NCBI GenBank assembly: GCA_045601365.1
Contig: JAZRZN010000103.1
Coordinates: 4,435-68,434 of the forward strand
DNA length: 64,000 nucleotides
From: Clostridia bacterium
GTDB taxonomy: Bacteria > Bacillota > Clostridia > Christensenellales > QALW01
Direction: 5' to 3'
Each line of letters begins with the position of its first letter. Position 1 is the first letter of the stretch. Under the pieces are notes generated by a model. That model saw only the letters and a program-made list of their open reading frames with translations. It did no database searches and had not been told where the DNA came from. This document shows, one piece after another, positions 8,957-17,310 of this stretch. Made by a program: the position numbers and the translations under genes.

Positions 8957-9742
8957 ATGAAAAAAATTTTAGCAATTTTATGTGCGGTGATTATGGCGGT
9001 GATCCTTTCTGTTAATGCGTTGGCAATGGATATACCGAGCAGAGGAAATGTCGATCCGCCTAAAGTAGTACCTTTTGAGTACGAAGGCGAATGGTATGAC
9101 GCGGAAATCACCAATAACAATAAAATAATCATTCGTATAGGCGATGAGTTCGTTATCGTTACCGATATCGCTGATATGTATAAGAAAAATGAGAACCTCA
9201 CACAGGAAAAGATGGAGCAGATAATCAGAAATCTTGTTGATGCTTATCAGGATGTTAAGTCTGCCAAGACTATGGGTGAGCTTAATGTAGGTTTGGAAAC
9301 ACTTGCAAAGAAGTACCGTTCCAACGCTACATCAAGCATATTCAAACCTATCAATCTTTTCGACCTTTCACTTTCAAGCATGGCGGTCGAGAATTACGAA
9401 GAGTATTTGAAGGATGTCAACAATGAGCTTGTAATAACATTGGATTACGGCGGAAAAGCCACAGATCCCAAGCCGGTAATTCTTTTCAAGAATTATGATG
9501 TTGACGGATGGAATCTCATTGCGGACGAAAAGACTGTGATCAACAATGACGGTTCGATAACGACCAAGTTCCCTTCGTTCGGTGTTGTACTTCTGCTTCA
9601 GCCTGATCTGTCGGAGTTCCCGCCGGAACAACCGGAGCATACCGGTGATACCGCTAATATCGGACTTTGGATCGGTATATGCGGCGTTGCGGTAGTAGTA
9701 TTTGCAGTAATTGCAATAATAAGTCGTAAACGTGACGATTAA
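8957..9742 (+). CDS. Secreted hypothetical protein with a C-terminal membrane anchor
   Basis: Signal peptide MKKILAILCAVIMAVILSVNALA. C-terminal hydrophobic span followed by SRKRDD. RBS aggag; starts 13 nt after the kinase stop. I recognise no family. Confidence 0.65.
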   Translation: MKKILAILCAVIMAVILSVNALAMDIPSRGNVDPPKVVPFEYEGEWYDAEITNNNKIIIRIGDEFVIVTDIADMYKKNENLTQEKMEQIIRNLVDAYQDVKSAKTMGELNVGLETLAKKYRSNATSSIFKPINLFDLSLSSMAVENYEEYLKDVNNELVITLDYGGKATDPKPVILFKNYDVDGWNLIADEKTVINNDGSITTKFPSFGVVLLLQPDLSEFPPEQPEHTGDTANIGLWIGICGVAVVVFAVIAIISRKRDD

Positions 9743-9751
9743 GAGAAACTA

Positions 9752-9786
9752 AGGCTGTGTTGCACGGTTGCGCACAGCCTTTTTTC
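9752..9786 (+). terminator. Rho-independent terminator
   Basis: aggctgtg (9752-9759) pairs with cacagcct (9773-9780), followed by a T-run. Confidence 0.7.
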
Positions 9787-9807
9787 TGTATTTGGAGTTG
9801 TTGAATT

Positions 9808-10794
9808 ATGAATATAATAAAAAGCAGACGCAATGTCCTCGTAATAATCATTGCGATAATTCTTATATGCGTGATACTGTTCATTGCTTTTAATATTGAT
9901 GAATGGTTGGGCAGAACACAACAGAATTATGAAAAAGAAAACAGCTTCGTTATGATAGACGGTCAAAGGTACACCGAGAAAAAGCTTCACAACTATCTTA
10001 TTATCGGACTTGATACTTCGGATCCGCTTGCACAGGAAACGATGGGTAACAATAATGAAATGGCGGACTTTGTTGCGTTGCTCTCATTTGATGACCATGC
10101 AAAGACCTATAGCGTATTACACCTGAACCGTGACAGCATGGTGGATATAGATGAATTAGGCGTAACAGGCGAACGTACCGGAAGAACGGTCAATGCACAG
10201 CTTTGTATTTCGCACGGCTACGGCAACGGCGGCGAGCAGAGTTGCCTGAACGTTAAACGTGCTGTTTCGCGGCTGTTGTTCGGAGTCAGCATCGAACGTT
10301 ATGTAGCTATGTCTATGGATGCGGTGGGTTCACTCAACGATACTATTGGCGGTGTTACGGTAACAATGCCGGATGATTATACATATCTTGATCCTGCATT
10401 TGTCAAAGATACGGATGTTACACTGATGGGAGATCAGGTGCTTTCGTTTGTGCGTCCCCGTATGAGTGCGGATGACGGTACGAATATTGCACGTATGAAA
10501 CGTCAGCGCCTGTATGTTGACGGCTTTGTGAAAAAGCTCTCCGAAATTGAAAATGCAGATGAAGATTACGTAAAGAGTGTCTACAAAACCGTAGAGGAAA
10601 AAGGCGCTATCGTTACCGATTGCACTGTTTATACGCTCGAGACTGTTGTTGATAACATAAAGAATTATACCTTCAAGGGTATTTTTACGCCGGACGGAAC
10701 GGCGGCGGTCAATGAAGGATATATGGAATTTACGATAGACCGGAATAGCCTTGTGGGATTGGTAACTTCGCTGTATTATGATAAATATAATTGA
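9808..10794 (+). CDS. LytR-CpsA-Psr (LCP) family protein
   Basis: N-terminal TM, then YLIIGLDTSD...MADFVALLSFD...VLHLNRDSMVDI, typical of the LCP core. Confidence 0.85.
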   Translation: MNIIKSRRNVLVIIIAIILICVILFIAFNIDEWLGRTQQNYEKENSFVMIDGQRYTEKKLHNYLIIGLDTSDPLAQETMGNNNEMADFVALLSFDDHAKTYSVLHLNRDSMVDIDELGVTGERTGRTVNAQLCISHGYGNGGEQSCLNVKRAVSRLLFGVSIERYVAMSMDAVGSLNDTIGGVTVTMPDDYTYLDPAFVKDTDVTLMGDQVLSFVRPRMSADDGTNIARMKRQRLYVDGFVKKLSEIENADEDYVKSVYKTVEEKGAIVTDCTVYTLETVVDNIKNYTFKGIFTPDGTAAVNEGYMEFTIDRNSLVGLVTSLYYDKYN

Positions 10795-11440
10795 TTTTCA
10801 TACACATATATTGCCGGAGATGGATGATGGCGCAAAAGATGTCGCAGAATCCGTAAAAATGCTTGAAATGATGCGTGCATACGGAGTCAATACATTGATA
10901 GCTACGCCGCACTTTTACCCCGAACGCGATAATCCGGATCGGTTCCTTATGCGCCGTAATGCGTCGCTTGAAAAGCTGGAAACGGATATGGACGTGCGTT
11001 TGGGGGCGGAAGTCGCGTACTTTTTCGGCATATCAAAATCAAAGCAGACAGAGCGTTTTTGCATTGCCGGCACGAATCATATTTTGATCGAAATGCCGTT
11101 TATGCCGTGGACACAACAACAAATAGAAGAAGTTATCAATATAAAGCGGTATATGGGGCTAAATCCGATACTTGCACATACCGAAAGGTATCGTCAGAAG
11201 CGCGGCACATGGATAAAAATGAAGGAAAATGACATCTTGCTCCAAAGTAATGCGAGTTTTTTTGAAGAACATCCATTATTGGCAAAAAAATATCTTCATA
11301 GCGGCTTTATTGATTTGCTCGGTACGGATTGTCATAATTGTGATACGCGCAAGCCAAATATGGATATAGCATTTCAGCGTGTTGAACATGAGGCCCTTGA
11401 GTATATATCGGATCTCGGAAGCGCGATCCTCGGTCCGTGA
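10778..11440 (+). CDS. CpsB/YwqE-type (PHP family) protein-tyrosine phosphatase
   Basis: N-terminal IIDFHTHILPEMDDGA and TPHF motifs. Overlaps the LCP gene by 17 nt. Confidence 0.85.
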   Translation: MINIIDFHTHILPEMDDGAKDVAESVKMLEMMRAYGVNTLIATPHFYPERDNPDRFLMRRNASLEKLETDMDVRLGAEVAYFFGISKSKQTERFCIAGTNHILIEMPFMPWTQQQIEEVINIKRYMGLNPILAHTERYRQKRGTWIKMKENDILLQSNASFFEEHPLLAKKYLHSGFIDLLGTDCHNCDTRKPNMDIAFQRVEHEALEYISDLGSAILGP

Positions 11441-11470
11441 TCGTAATTTTGATTTATGAGGAAAACTTTG

Positions 11471-11755
11471 ATGTTTGAAAATTTTGATTTTTTTGAATTT
11501 GTCAGGTCACTTTTCAGCTTTGAAAATACATACGGAAAAAAACTCGTCACTGTAACTTATTATATTATGCTTGCTGCGATAGCAGTCAATGCGGTAGTAA
11601 GCTTTATTGCGGGCATAGTGTATGTCGCTTCCGGAGAGGTACTTGGCGGGTTAGGGAAGATACTTTTTTGTGTTCCGCTTGCATTTGTTTATGCCGTGAT
11701 ACTTCGCTTGCTGTGCGAATTGGCAAACGCGATATTCGATCACTGCCAAAAATAA
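11471..11755 (+). CDS. Small membrane protein (DUF4282-like)
   Basis: MFENFDFFEFVRSLFSF followed by two hydrophobic spans. Start moved to ATG 11471, which has aggaaaa 8 nt upstream; the listed start at 11456 lacks an RBS. Confidence 0.55.
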   Translation: MFENFDFFEFVRSLFSFENTYGKKLVTVTYYIMLAAIAVNAVVSFIAGIVYVASGEVLGGLGKILFCVPLAFVYAVILRLLCELANAIFDHCQK

Positions 11756-11783
11756 GTAAACTTCCGCAAACAAATAATATGTA

Positions 11784-11811
11784 AAGATGTCCTTCGGGGC
11801 ATCTTTTTTTG
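11784..11811 (+). terminator. Rho-independent terminator (UUCG-loop hairpin)
   Basis: aagatgtcc-ttcg-gggcatctt followed by T7. An outer pairing ccgcaaacaaa (11764-11774) / tttgtttgcgg (11808-11818) encloses it. Confidence 0.7.
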
Positions 11812-11879
11812 TTTGCGGCATCTTTTTTGTGCAGATGAAAAAATTTTACACAGTCTTATAAATTCTGTACAGCTTGCTA

Positions 11880-12122
11880 TTATCTCATTTCCTGTTCAAG
11901 ATTTTTGAAATCTTCCGTGTTAAAAAAATCACTCAGACTTATTTCAAACCCGTCACACAGCATTTTCAAAGTGACTATACCGGGGTTTTTGCTTTTGCCG
12001 TAAAGAATATTTTTGATTGATGACGGAGCTATCCCCGATTCAAGCGAAAGCCTGTAGATAGTCATGTTCTTTTCCTCACAAAGCCGAAGTATGCGATTCT
12101 TTACCGTTTCGTATGTGTTCAT
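11880..12122 (-). CDS. XRE-family helix-turn-helix transcriptional regulator
   Basis: 80 aa. RLCEEKNMTIYRLSLESGIAPSSIKNILYGKSKNP is a classic HTH_3 segment. Confidence 0.8.
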   Translation of the reverse strand: MNTYETVKNRILRLCEEKNMTIYRLSLESGIAPSSIKNILYGKSKNPGIVTLKMLCDGFEISLSDFFNTEDFKNLEQEMR

Positions 12123-12174
12123 AATATTACCTCTGTCATAAATAGTATCTGCTTAATATTGTAGAATATTTTAC

Positions 12175-12246
12175 TTGACAAATAGGGCTATATATGATAC
12201 TATAGGGCTATAAATAGCTTAATTGGTTTGGCTGTGCCCTATTAGT
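12175..12246 (+). promoter_or_regulatory. Putative promoter with three ATAGGGC half-sites (candidate XRE operator)
   Basis: TTGACA 12175-12180, 17-nt spacer, TACTAT 12198-12203. atagggctata at 12182-12192 and 12202-12212 (20-bp spacing). Inverted gccctat at 12236-12242. Confidence 0.4.
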
Positions 12247-12325
12247 TTTTTGTTTTTATTATGGATTAGCAGTATAGATACGATTCTATACCGTTAAAAT
12301 AAGATATTAAAAAGAGGAGAGAAAC

Positions 12326-14737
12326 ATGAAACAGAAGATTGCCACAATGAGTACTTTTGCCGAAGGAAAACACCGTAATGCATTCAAGCCGGTCGCTTTG
12401 CTTATATGTATAACGGTATTGCTTACCGCGTTTTCGGGAATAACGGTAAGTGCAGCGAGCTATTCACGGATTGAATTGCCTGTACCTTATTTTTGCCAGA
12501 GGATATATGCAGATTGTGCTATATCGTCAATAGCTATGGTAGAAGCATATTATCACGGTTATCCGTCAAACAGTGATACCATTTACAATATAGTATATGG
12601 CAGTAACGGCTCCGTAAACATTTGGTCTTGGGATGCACTTGGATATTCTGTAGTATCATCTGACCTGACGACCGTTTATAATTACTTAAAAGCAGGTCAT
12701 CCTGTGATCGTGGGCAGGGCGAATAATGCGGGACTCACTCATTATTCTGTAATTTATGCTTATAACGGTAATACGTCACAGCTTGAAACAAGCGGGTTTT
12801 ACGTTCTTAACACATATCGTATAGACGGCGTTGTTTTCGGAATTGAACGCGGATACACGGTTTTGAATTTTCAGCAATGGCTAAATGAAAACAGCTCATA
12901 TTGGACGCAAACTGTAGTTCGGACAAGAGAGGTCATAATAATACCTCCTATTCACACACATACTTATACTTCATCTGTAACGAAGCAACCGACATGTACT
13001 GAGGAAGGCGTAAGGACATTCACTTGCACTTCCTGCAGTAACGGTAGCTATACCGAAAAAATCCCTGCATTGCAACATTCGTGGAATAGCGGCGAAATCG
13101 TAGAAAATGCGGGCTGCGTTGCAGATGGATTAAAAAAGTTTACATGCACAAGATGCGGCGAAACAAAATATGAAGCTATTTCTGCCAACGGACATACATC
13201 CGTAACAGATCCGGCTGTTGCTCCAACATGTAACAGTGTAGGGTATACAGAAGGAAGCCATTGTTCAAAGTGCAATGCCATCATAACCGGGCAGACGGTA
13301 ATACCCGCGCTTGGACATGACTATTCTCTCAACAATGTAGTTTACGGCTGCTGTGATGTTACAGGATCATACACTTGTACTCGTTGCGGCAATGAAAAAA
13401 CGGAAACTTCAAGTGATTACATTTGGTCGGATTGGCGAACGGACAGAATCGAAGAAATAGACAGCAGTCTTGAAGATACAAAAACACAGTATTCCTGTGT
13501 AGAACAGGTTGTGTCATACGGTGAGTGGAAAGATGCAGGATGGGTAAGAACAAAGCCTACGGAATCGGATACACTTAAAATAACATCAACAAAAAATGTA
13601 ACTGATTCCGCTGCATATACAATCTATCATTATTATCATTATTACGGATACAGCGGAGGACAAATATGGAATTCTTACGGTAGCGTTTACCCTAATTTGG
13701 AAACCACCCAAAGTACTGCTCCGTTCCCGGCGGGGAAATTATATGACGGTTATTATCAGTCGTATACACAGAGTATTTCGGGTATGCACGGTAATTTGTG
13801 GTGGATCTCATCAACCGAAAACGTTCCTGCGACAACACATACGGAATGGTTCTATCAGACAAGGACAAAGGACGTAGCATATAATAATTACGATTGGCAG
13901 GACACACCGATAGAGGTCGCTGAAGGGACACAGGTAAATACAAGAACGTTATACAGATATAAGATCACGCCCAAAGGCCATACGTTTTCAGATGAATGGT
14001 GTTATGATGAATTAAAGCATTGGCATGAATGCGTTGATTGCGATGTAACGTCAACTTCAATAGAACACATTTATGATAATTCGGATGATGCTACCTGTAA
14101 TGTATGCGGATATGCGAGATTTATCGAACCGATCGTTGTCGATCCGAGCGATCCGCAAATCGTAATTGATACAAAATCCGCACGTTGCGGTGAAAATATC
14201 ACGTTATCAATAACACTTAAGAATACAGATGCGCTGAAGTCAATAGCACTTTCCGGCATCACCTACGACAGCAACGCACTTGAGCTTATAGGCGGCTCAT
14301 GGATGTTTGAAAACAGCGCTTTATCAAATGTCGATATTACAAAAAAGGTTGCCGCAATTGCATTTTCCAATAATACGGACTGCAACGGAATAATCTTTTC
14401 ACTGATATTTAAGGTGAAAGAAAATGTCGATGACGGAGTATACCCGGTATCTTGCGCTATATCAGCAAAATACATGGAAGCAAACAGTGAGAAAACAGTA
14501 AACGTTGCTTCTGTTGCCGGCGCGGTAAATGTAGTAAGTGTGCTTAAAGGCGATGTCAACTCGGATAATGAAGTAAACAGCGATGATGCAATATATTTGC
14601 TTTACAACACTCTGTTGCCGGATATGTATCCGATAAATCAAAACGGTGATTTCGACGGAAACGGCGAACTCAACAGCGATGATGCGATATATTTGCTTTA
14701 TTACACGCTTTTGCCTTCCTTGTATCCGTTGCAATAA
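12326..14737 (+). CDS. Secreted multidomain protein: papain/C39-like peptidase domain, Cys3-His repeats, cohesin-like domain, dockerin
   Basis: 803 aa with RBS agaggag and a signal/anchor at aa 23-44. Domain evidence is itemised in the sub-features that follow. Confidence 0.75.
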   Translation: MKQKIATMSTFAEGKHRNAFKPVALLICITVLLTAFSGITVSAASYSRIELPVPYFCQRIYADCAISSIAMVEAYYHGYPSNSDTIYNIVYGSNGSVNIWSWDALGYSVVSSDLTTVYNYLKAGHPVIVGRANNAGLTHYSVIYAYNGNTSQLETSGFYVLNTYRIDGVVFGIERGYTVLNFQQWLNENSSYWTQTVVRTREVIIIPPIHTHTYTSSVTKQPTCTEEGVRTFTCTSCSNGSYTEKIPALQHSWNSGEIVENAGCVADGLKKFTCTRCGETKYEAISANGHTSVTDPAVAPTCNSVGYTEGSHCSKCNAIITGQTVIPALGHDYSLNNVVYGCCDVTGSYTCTRCGNEKTETSSDYIWSDWRTDRIEEIDSSLEDTKTQYSCVEQVVSYGEWKDAGWVRTKPTESDTLKITSTKNVTDSAAYTIYHYYHYYGYSGGQIWNSYGSVYPNLETTQSTAPFPAGKLYDGYYQSYTQSISGMHGNLWWISSTENVPATTHTEWFYQTRTKDVAYNNYDWQDTPIEVAEGTQVNTRTLYRYKITPKGHTFSDEWCYDELKHWHECVDCDVTSTSIEHIYDNSDDATCNVCGYARFIEPIVVDPSDPQIVIDTKSARCGENITLSITLKNTDALKSIALSGITYDSNALELIGGSWMFENSALSNVDITKKVAAIAFSNNTDCNGIIFSLIFKVKENVDDGVYPVSCAISAKYMEANSEKTVNVASVAGAVNVVSVLKGDVNSDNEVNSDDAIYLLYNTLLPDMYPINQNGDFDGNGELNSDDAIYLLYYTLLPSLYPLQ
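12473..12910 (+). other. Peptidase C39-like (papain-fold) domain
   Basis: Candidate catalytic Cys in YADCAISSIAMVEAYY (C64). Candidate His in GLTHYSVIYAY (H139). Spacing and context resemble C39_2-type domains. Confidence 0.5.
12953..13405 (+). repeat. Four tandem ~40-aa Cys3-His units, C-x(8-10)-C-x2-C-x(12-14)-H
   Basis: C224/C234/C237/H251; C264/C274/C277/H290; C302/C313/C316/H331; C342/C351/C354. Units end in IPAL(G/Q)H. A fifth related unit lies at aa 552-594. Confidence 0.7.
14141..14539 (+). other. Cohesin-like domain
   Basis: GENITLSITLKNTDALKSIALSGITYDSNALELIGGSW...GIIFSLIFKVKENVDDGVYPVS. Alignable to the two domains of the next gene. Confidence 0.6.
14546..14725 (+). other. Dockerin (two Ca-binding loop/helix repeats)
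   Basis: GDVNSDNEVNSDDAIYLLYNTLLP and GDFDGNGELNSDDAIYLLYYTLLP. Confidence 0.75.
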
Positions 14738-14752
14738 AAAGGTGATCACATA

Positions 14753-15835
14753 ATGAAGAAAATTGTTTGTTTCATATGTGTGATATGTGTTTTGATGACT
14801 GCGATGCATACCAATGCAGCAAGCGATACGGCAGTTGTATTGCGGGCAGAAAGTGATTCGGTAGTGCCGGGCGAGATAATAACATTTACCGTGAAGCTCT
14901 GTAATTGTTATAACTATAAATCCATAGCCCTTGTTTTTGATTACGATACCGATAATGATTTTGAAATCGTCAGCGGAAAATGGCTTTTGCCAAACATACC
15001 GATTTCAAGCTTTGATATTACCACCGCAAAAGCGGGAATTGCTGCGGCTGCGTTTGATAAGCCTACTAATACAAATAATGATGTTTTTGAGCTGAAGTTA
15101 AAGGTTAAAGAGAGCGCACGTCCCGGACAAAAACAACTGAGGGTCACTTCGGTAATAAGAAACGGCACGCAAAGTATCCCATGCGCCGATGGAACAGTAA
15201 GTATAAATGTAATACAGCTTCAAGACACACAAGCAACACTTAACGTATCAAATGTCAATACTTCCGTAAATTCTGAAATAGAAGTCACTGTAGGATTCCA
15301 TAATTGCGACAAATGCAAATCCGTCGCACTTGTTTTCGATTATGATACTGATAAAACATTTGAAATCATCAGTGGAGAATGGTTGTTGTCGAACGCTTCT
15401 ATTTCGGGCTTTGACATAGTAACTGCAAAAGCTGGTATCGCGGCAATCGCGTTCAACAGTGAAAAAGATATCAACGGTGATGTGTTTCTGCTTAAACTGA
15501 GGGTCAAAGAGGATGCACCGTCAGGCGACGCTTTTATTAAAGTAACGCCGATAGTAAAAAACGGTTCGTCAGATATTGCGTGTGCGGGTGATACCGTGAA
15601 AATTTCGATTGCCGGGCAATGCGAAATGATTAAAGGCGATATAACGTCCGACGGTAAAGTCACGGCAAAAGACAGAATGTTTATTTCACGTTATCTTGCC
15701 GGATGGAACGGATATCTTACGATAGATAATGAGCGCGCTGATGTTGACAATGACGGATATGTTACCGCAAATGACCGAATGATGATCGCACGCTATGTTG
15801 CCGGTTGGGAAGAGTACAAGCTGTACTTTGAATAA
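14753..15835 (+). CDS. Secreted scaffoldin-like protein: two cohesin-like domains plus a C-terminal dockerin
   Basis: 360 aa with signal peptide MKKIVCFICVICVLMTAMHTNAAS, then a duplicated ~125-aa domain and a dockerin. Confidence 0.75.
   Translation: MKKIVCFICVICVLMTAMHTNAASDTAVVLRAESDSVVPGEIITFTVKLCNCYNYKSIALVFDYDTDNDFEIVSGKWLLPNIPISSFDITTAKAGIAAAAFDKPTNTNNDVFELKLKVKESARPGQKQLRVTSVIRNGTQSIPCADGTVSINVIQLQDTQATLNVSNVNTSVNSEIEVTVGFHNCDKCKSVALVFDYDTDKTFEIISGEWLLSNASISGFDIVTAKAGIAAIAFNSEKDINGDVFLLKLRVKEDAPSGDAFIKVTPIVKNGSSDIACAGDTVKISIAGQCEMIKGDITSDGKVTAKDRMFISRYLAGWNGYLTIDNERADVDNDGYVTANDRMMIARYVAGWEEYKLYFE
14831..15613 (+). repeat. Tandem duplication of a cohesin-like domain (aa 27-153 and 160-287)
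   Basis: KSIALVFDYDTDNDFEIVSGKWLLPNIPISSFDITTAKAGIAAAAF versus KSVALVFDYDTDKTFEIISGEWLLSNASISGFDIVTAKAGIAAIAF. Confidence 0.8.
15632..15808 (+). other. Dockerin of a different sequence type
   Basis: GDITSDGKVTAKDRMFISRYLAGW and ADVDNDGYVTANDRMMIARYVAGW. Confidence 0.7.
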
Positions 15836-15854
15836 GAACATAATAAGCCGAAAA

Positions 15855-15886
15855 TAAGCAGTCAGCAGAACGACTGCTTATTTTTT
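15855..15886. terminator. Rho-independent terminator between convergent genes
   Basis: taagcagtc (15855-15863) pairs with gactgctta (15872-15880), followed by T6. Confidence 0.7.
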
Positions 15887-15921
15887 GATATTGTGGCTTT
15901 GTACGGTTCATGGGGGAAATG

Positions 15922-16713
15922 TCACTCAGTCACAAGCTTATCAAGTACCTGCTTTTCATCGGTGAAGCCGATGACCTTGCCGGTGGGATCGCAAATCACG
16001 ACGATATGAAAGCTGTTGCCGCAAAATCTTTTTGAAAGCTGCAAGAGGTCTTCGTTTTCCTGCGCTTTTATCAGCTTTACGGATTTGGAATTCTTGATGA
16101 TTTTTTCTCTTTTATCGGGACGGAACGGATACCTGAATGATTTTACCGAAGCGGTGAACATAAATACCGACATAACGATAAGGGAACTGTCAAAATGCAT
16201 TACAAGGAGCAAAATGCTGTAGATCAAATATGCCGATGAAATTATGATACCGATAACAGCGCAACATTTATGTCCCTTTTGTTCGCCGCAAAAGCTTTTC
16301 AAAAGCGAACACAGAATACGTCCGCCGTCGAGCGGATATACGGGGATCAGATTGAAAAGTGCTACAGAGTATGAAAGTGATACAAATTCATTGGGCACAA
16401 ACGGCAGCTTTTGTGCAAGAAAGCCGATAAACAGACTTGCGAGCGGTCCGCTTGCGGCTATAAGCCCTTCAAATGCGGGGAAGTCCTCTGTGCCGCATAT
16501 TTCGGCAGCACCGCCGAACGGATATATTTCTATGCTTTGTGTTTCAAAACCGAGAAGATGCGCAACAAGCATATGAGTGCATTCATGCAAAAGCACCACC
16601 GTTAAAAGTGTGAGCATAGTTTTCGTGTTACCGGCGATGATCCAGAGAATACAGCATGACAGCATCAGCGGGTCGAGCTTTATCCGTATGTTTTCGGTCT
16701 TAAAAAGTGTCAT
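15922..16713 (-). CDS. spoIVFB: Site-2 protease, SpoIVFB-like (M50 family) with a C-terminal CBS-like domain
   Basis: HECTHMLVAH (HExxH) within a TM segment and the NLIPVYPLDGGR motif. ATGA overlap with the upstream M23-like gene. Confidence 0.8.
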   Translation of the reverse strand: MTLFKTENIRIKLDPLMLSCCILWIIAGNTKTMLTLLTVVLLHECTHMLVAHLLGFETQSIEIYPFGGAAEICGTEDFPAFEGLIAASGPLASLFIGFLAQKLPFVPNEFVSLSYSVALFNLIPVYPLDGGRILCSLLKSFCGEQKGHKCCAVIGIIISSAYLIYSILLLVMHFDSSLIVMSVFMFTASVKSFRYPFRPDKREKIIKNSKSVKLIKAQENEDLLQLSKRFCGNSFHIVVICDPTGKVIGFTDEKQVLDKLVTE

Positions 16714-17234
16714 ATGTATTCACTCGGGTCAAGTGAAATGCAGTTTTCGTAGAGCTTGAAGCATACATCCGTTTTTGCGTAGCCTATGATATCGCCCTGT
16801 AAAACGTCCTGACCTTCCTTGCACAGAGCGCCGACACCTTTGTACACACTCTTTTTGCCGTCTCTGTGACGAAGGGATATGCTTTCTCCGTCGCAATGTT
16901 CAACAGTGCCGTCAGTGACTGCGCAGACACCCGCGAATTTTTTGCATTTGATGTTCATACAGTATTCACCCATGTCGGTAACGGTCTCGGCTTCTCCCTT
17001 GACCGGCATTATCATGTGCGACACCGTTACATTGCCGGAAACGCTGACGGAATCACCGTCGTTTTGCATGAGAAATACCTGACCTAAGCTTTCTTTTATT
17101 TTGAAATCCTCATCAAGGCTCATTTCTATTCCTTCGCGCAGGGTACGCGCGATACTGCTTTTGCCGAATGTTATGAACAGTGCAGAACAAATCATCAAAA
17201 ATGCAATACCGATAATCAAAGCTCGTTTTGACAT
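16710..17234 (-). CDS. Membrane-anchored LytM/M23-like protein, SpoIVFA-like by position
   Basis: N-terminal TM. C-terminal LRHRDGKKSVYKGVGALCKEGQDVLQGDIIGY resembles a (possibly degenerate) M23 fold. Lies immediately upstream of spoIVFB. Confidence 0.5.
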   Translation of the reverse strand: MSKRALIIGIAFLMICSALFITFGKSSIARTLREGIEMSLDEDFKIKESLGQVFLMQNDGDSVSVSGNVTVSHMIMPVKGEAETVTDMGEYCMNIKCKKFAGVCAVTDGTVEHCDGESISLRHRDGKKSVYKGVGALCKEGQDVLQGDIIGYAKTDVCFKLYENCISLDPSEYI

Positions 17235-17310
17235 AAAAAATCCCTCCGACAGAATATATGACGAAGGGAAAGGCTTTATTAAAATTCTTTATGTTTTACT
17301 GTGCGGACAT

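Noticed and set aside
9640-9742. LPXTG-type sortase signals at the C-termini of 8957-9742 (PEHTGD + TM + SRKRDD) and 32924-33925 (SGNTG + TM + KKKK).
   Set aside because: The tripartite layout (TG, hydrophobic span, basic tail) is suggestive. However, Pro is not at the -2 position relative to Thr in either protein, and no sortase gene is nearby. I treat them as plain C-terminal TM anchors unless a noncanonical sortase motif is demonstrated.
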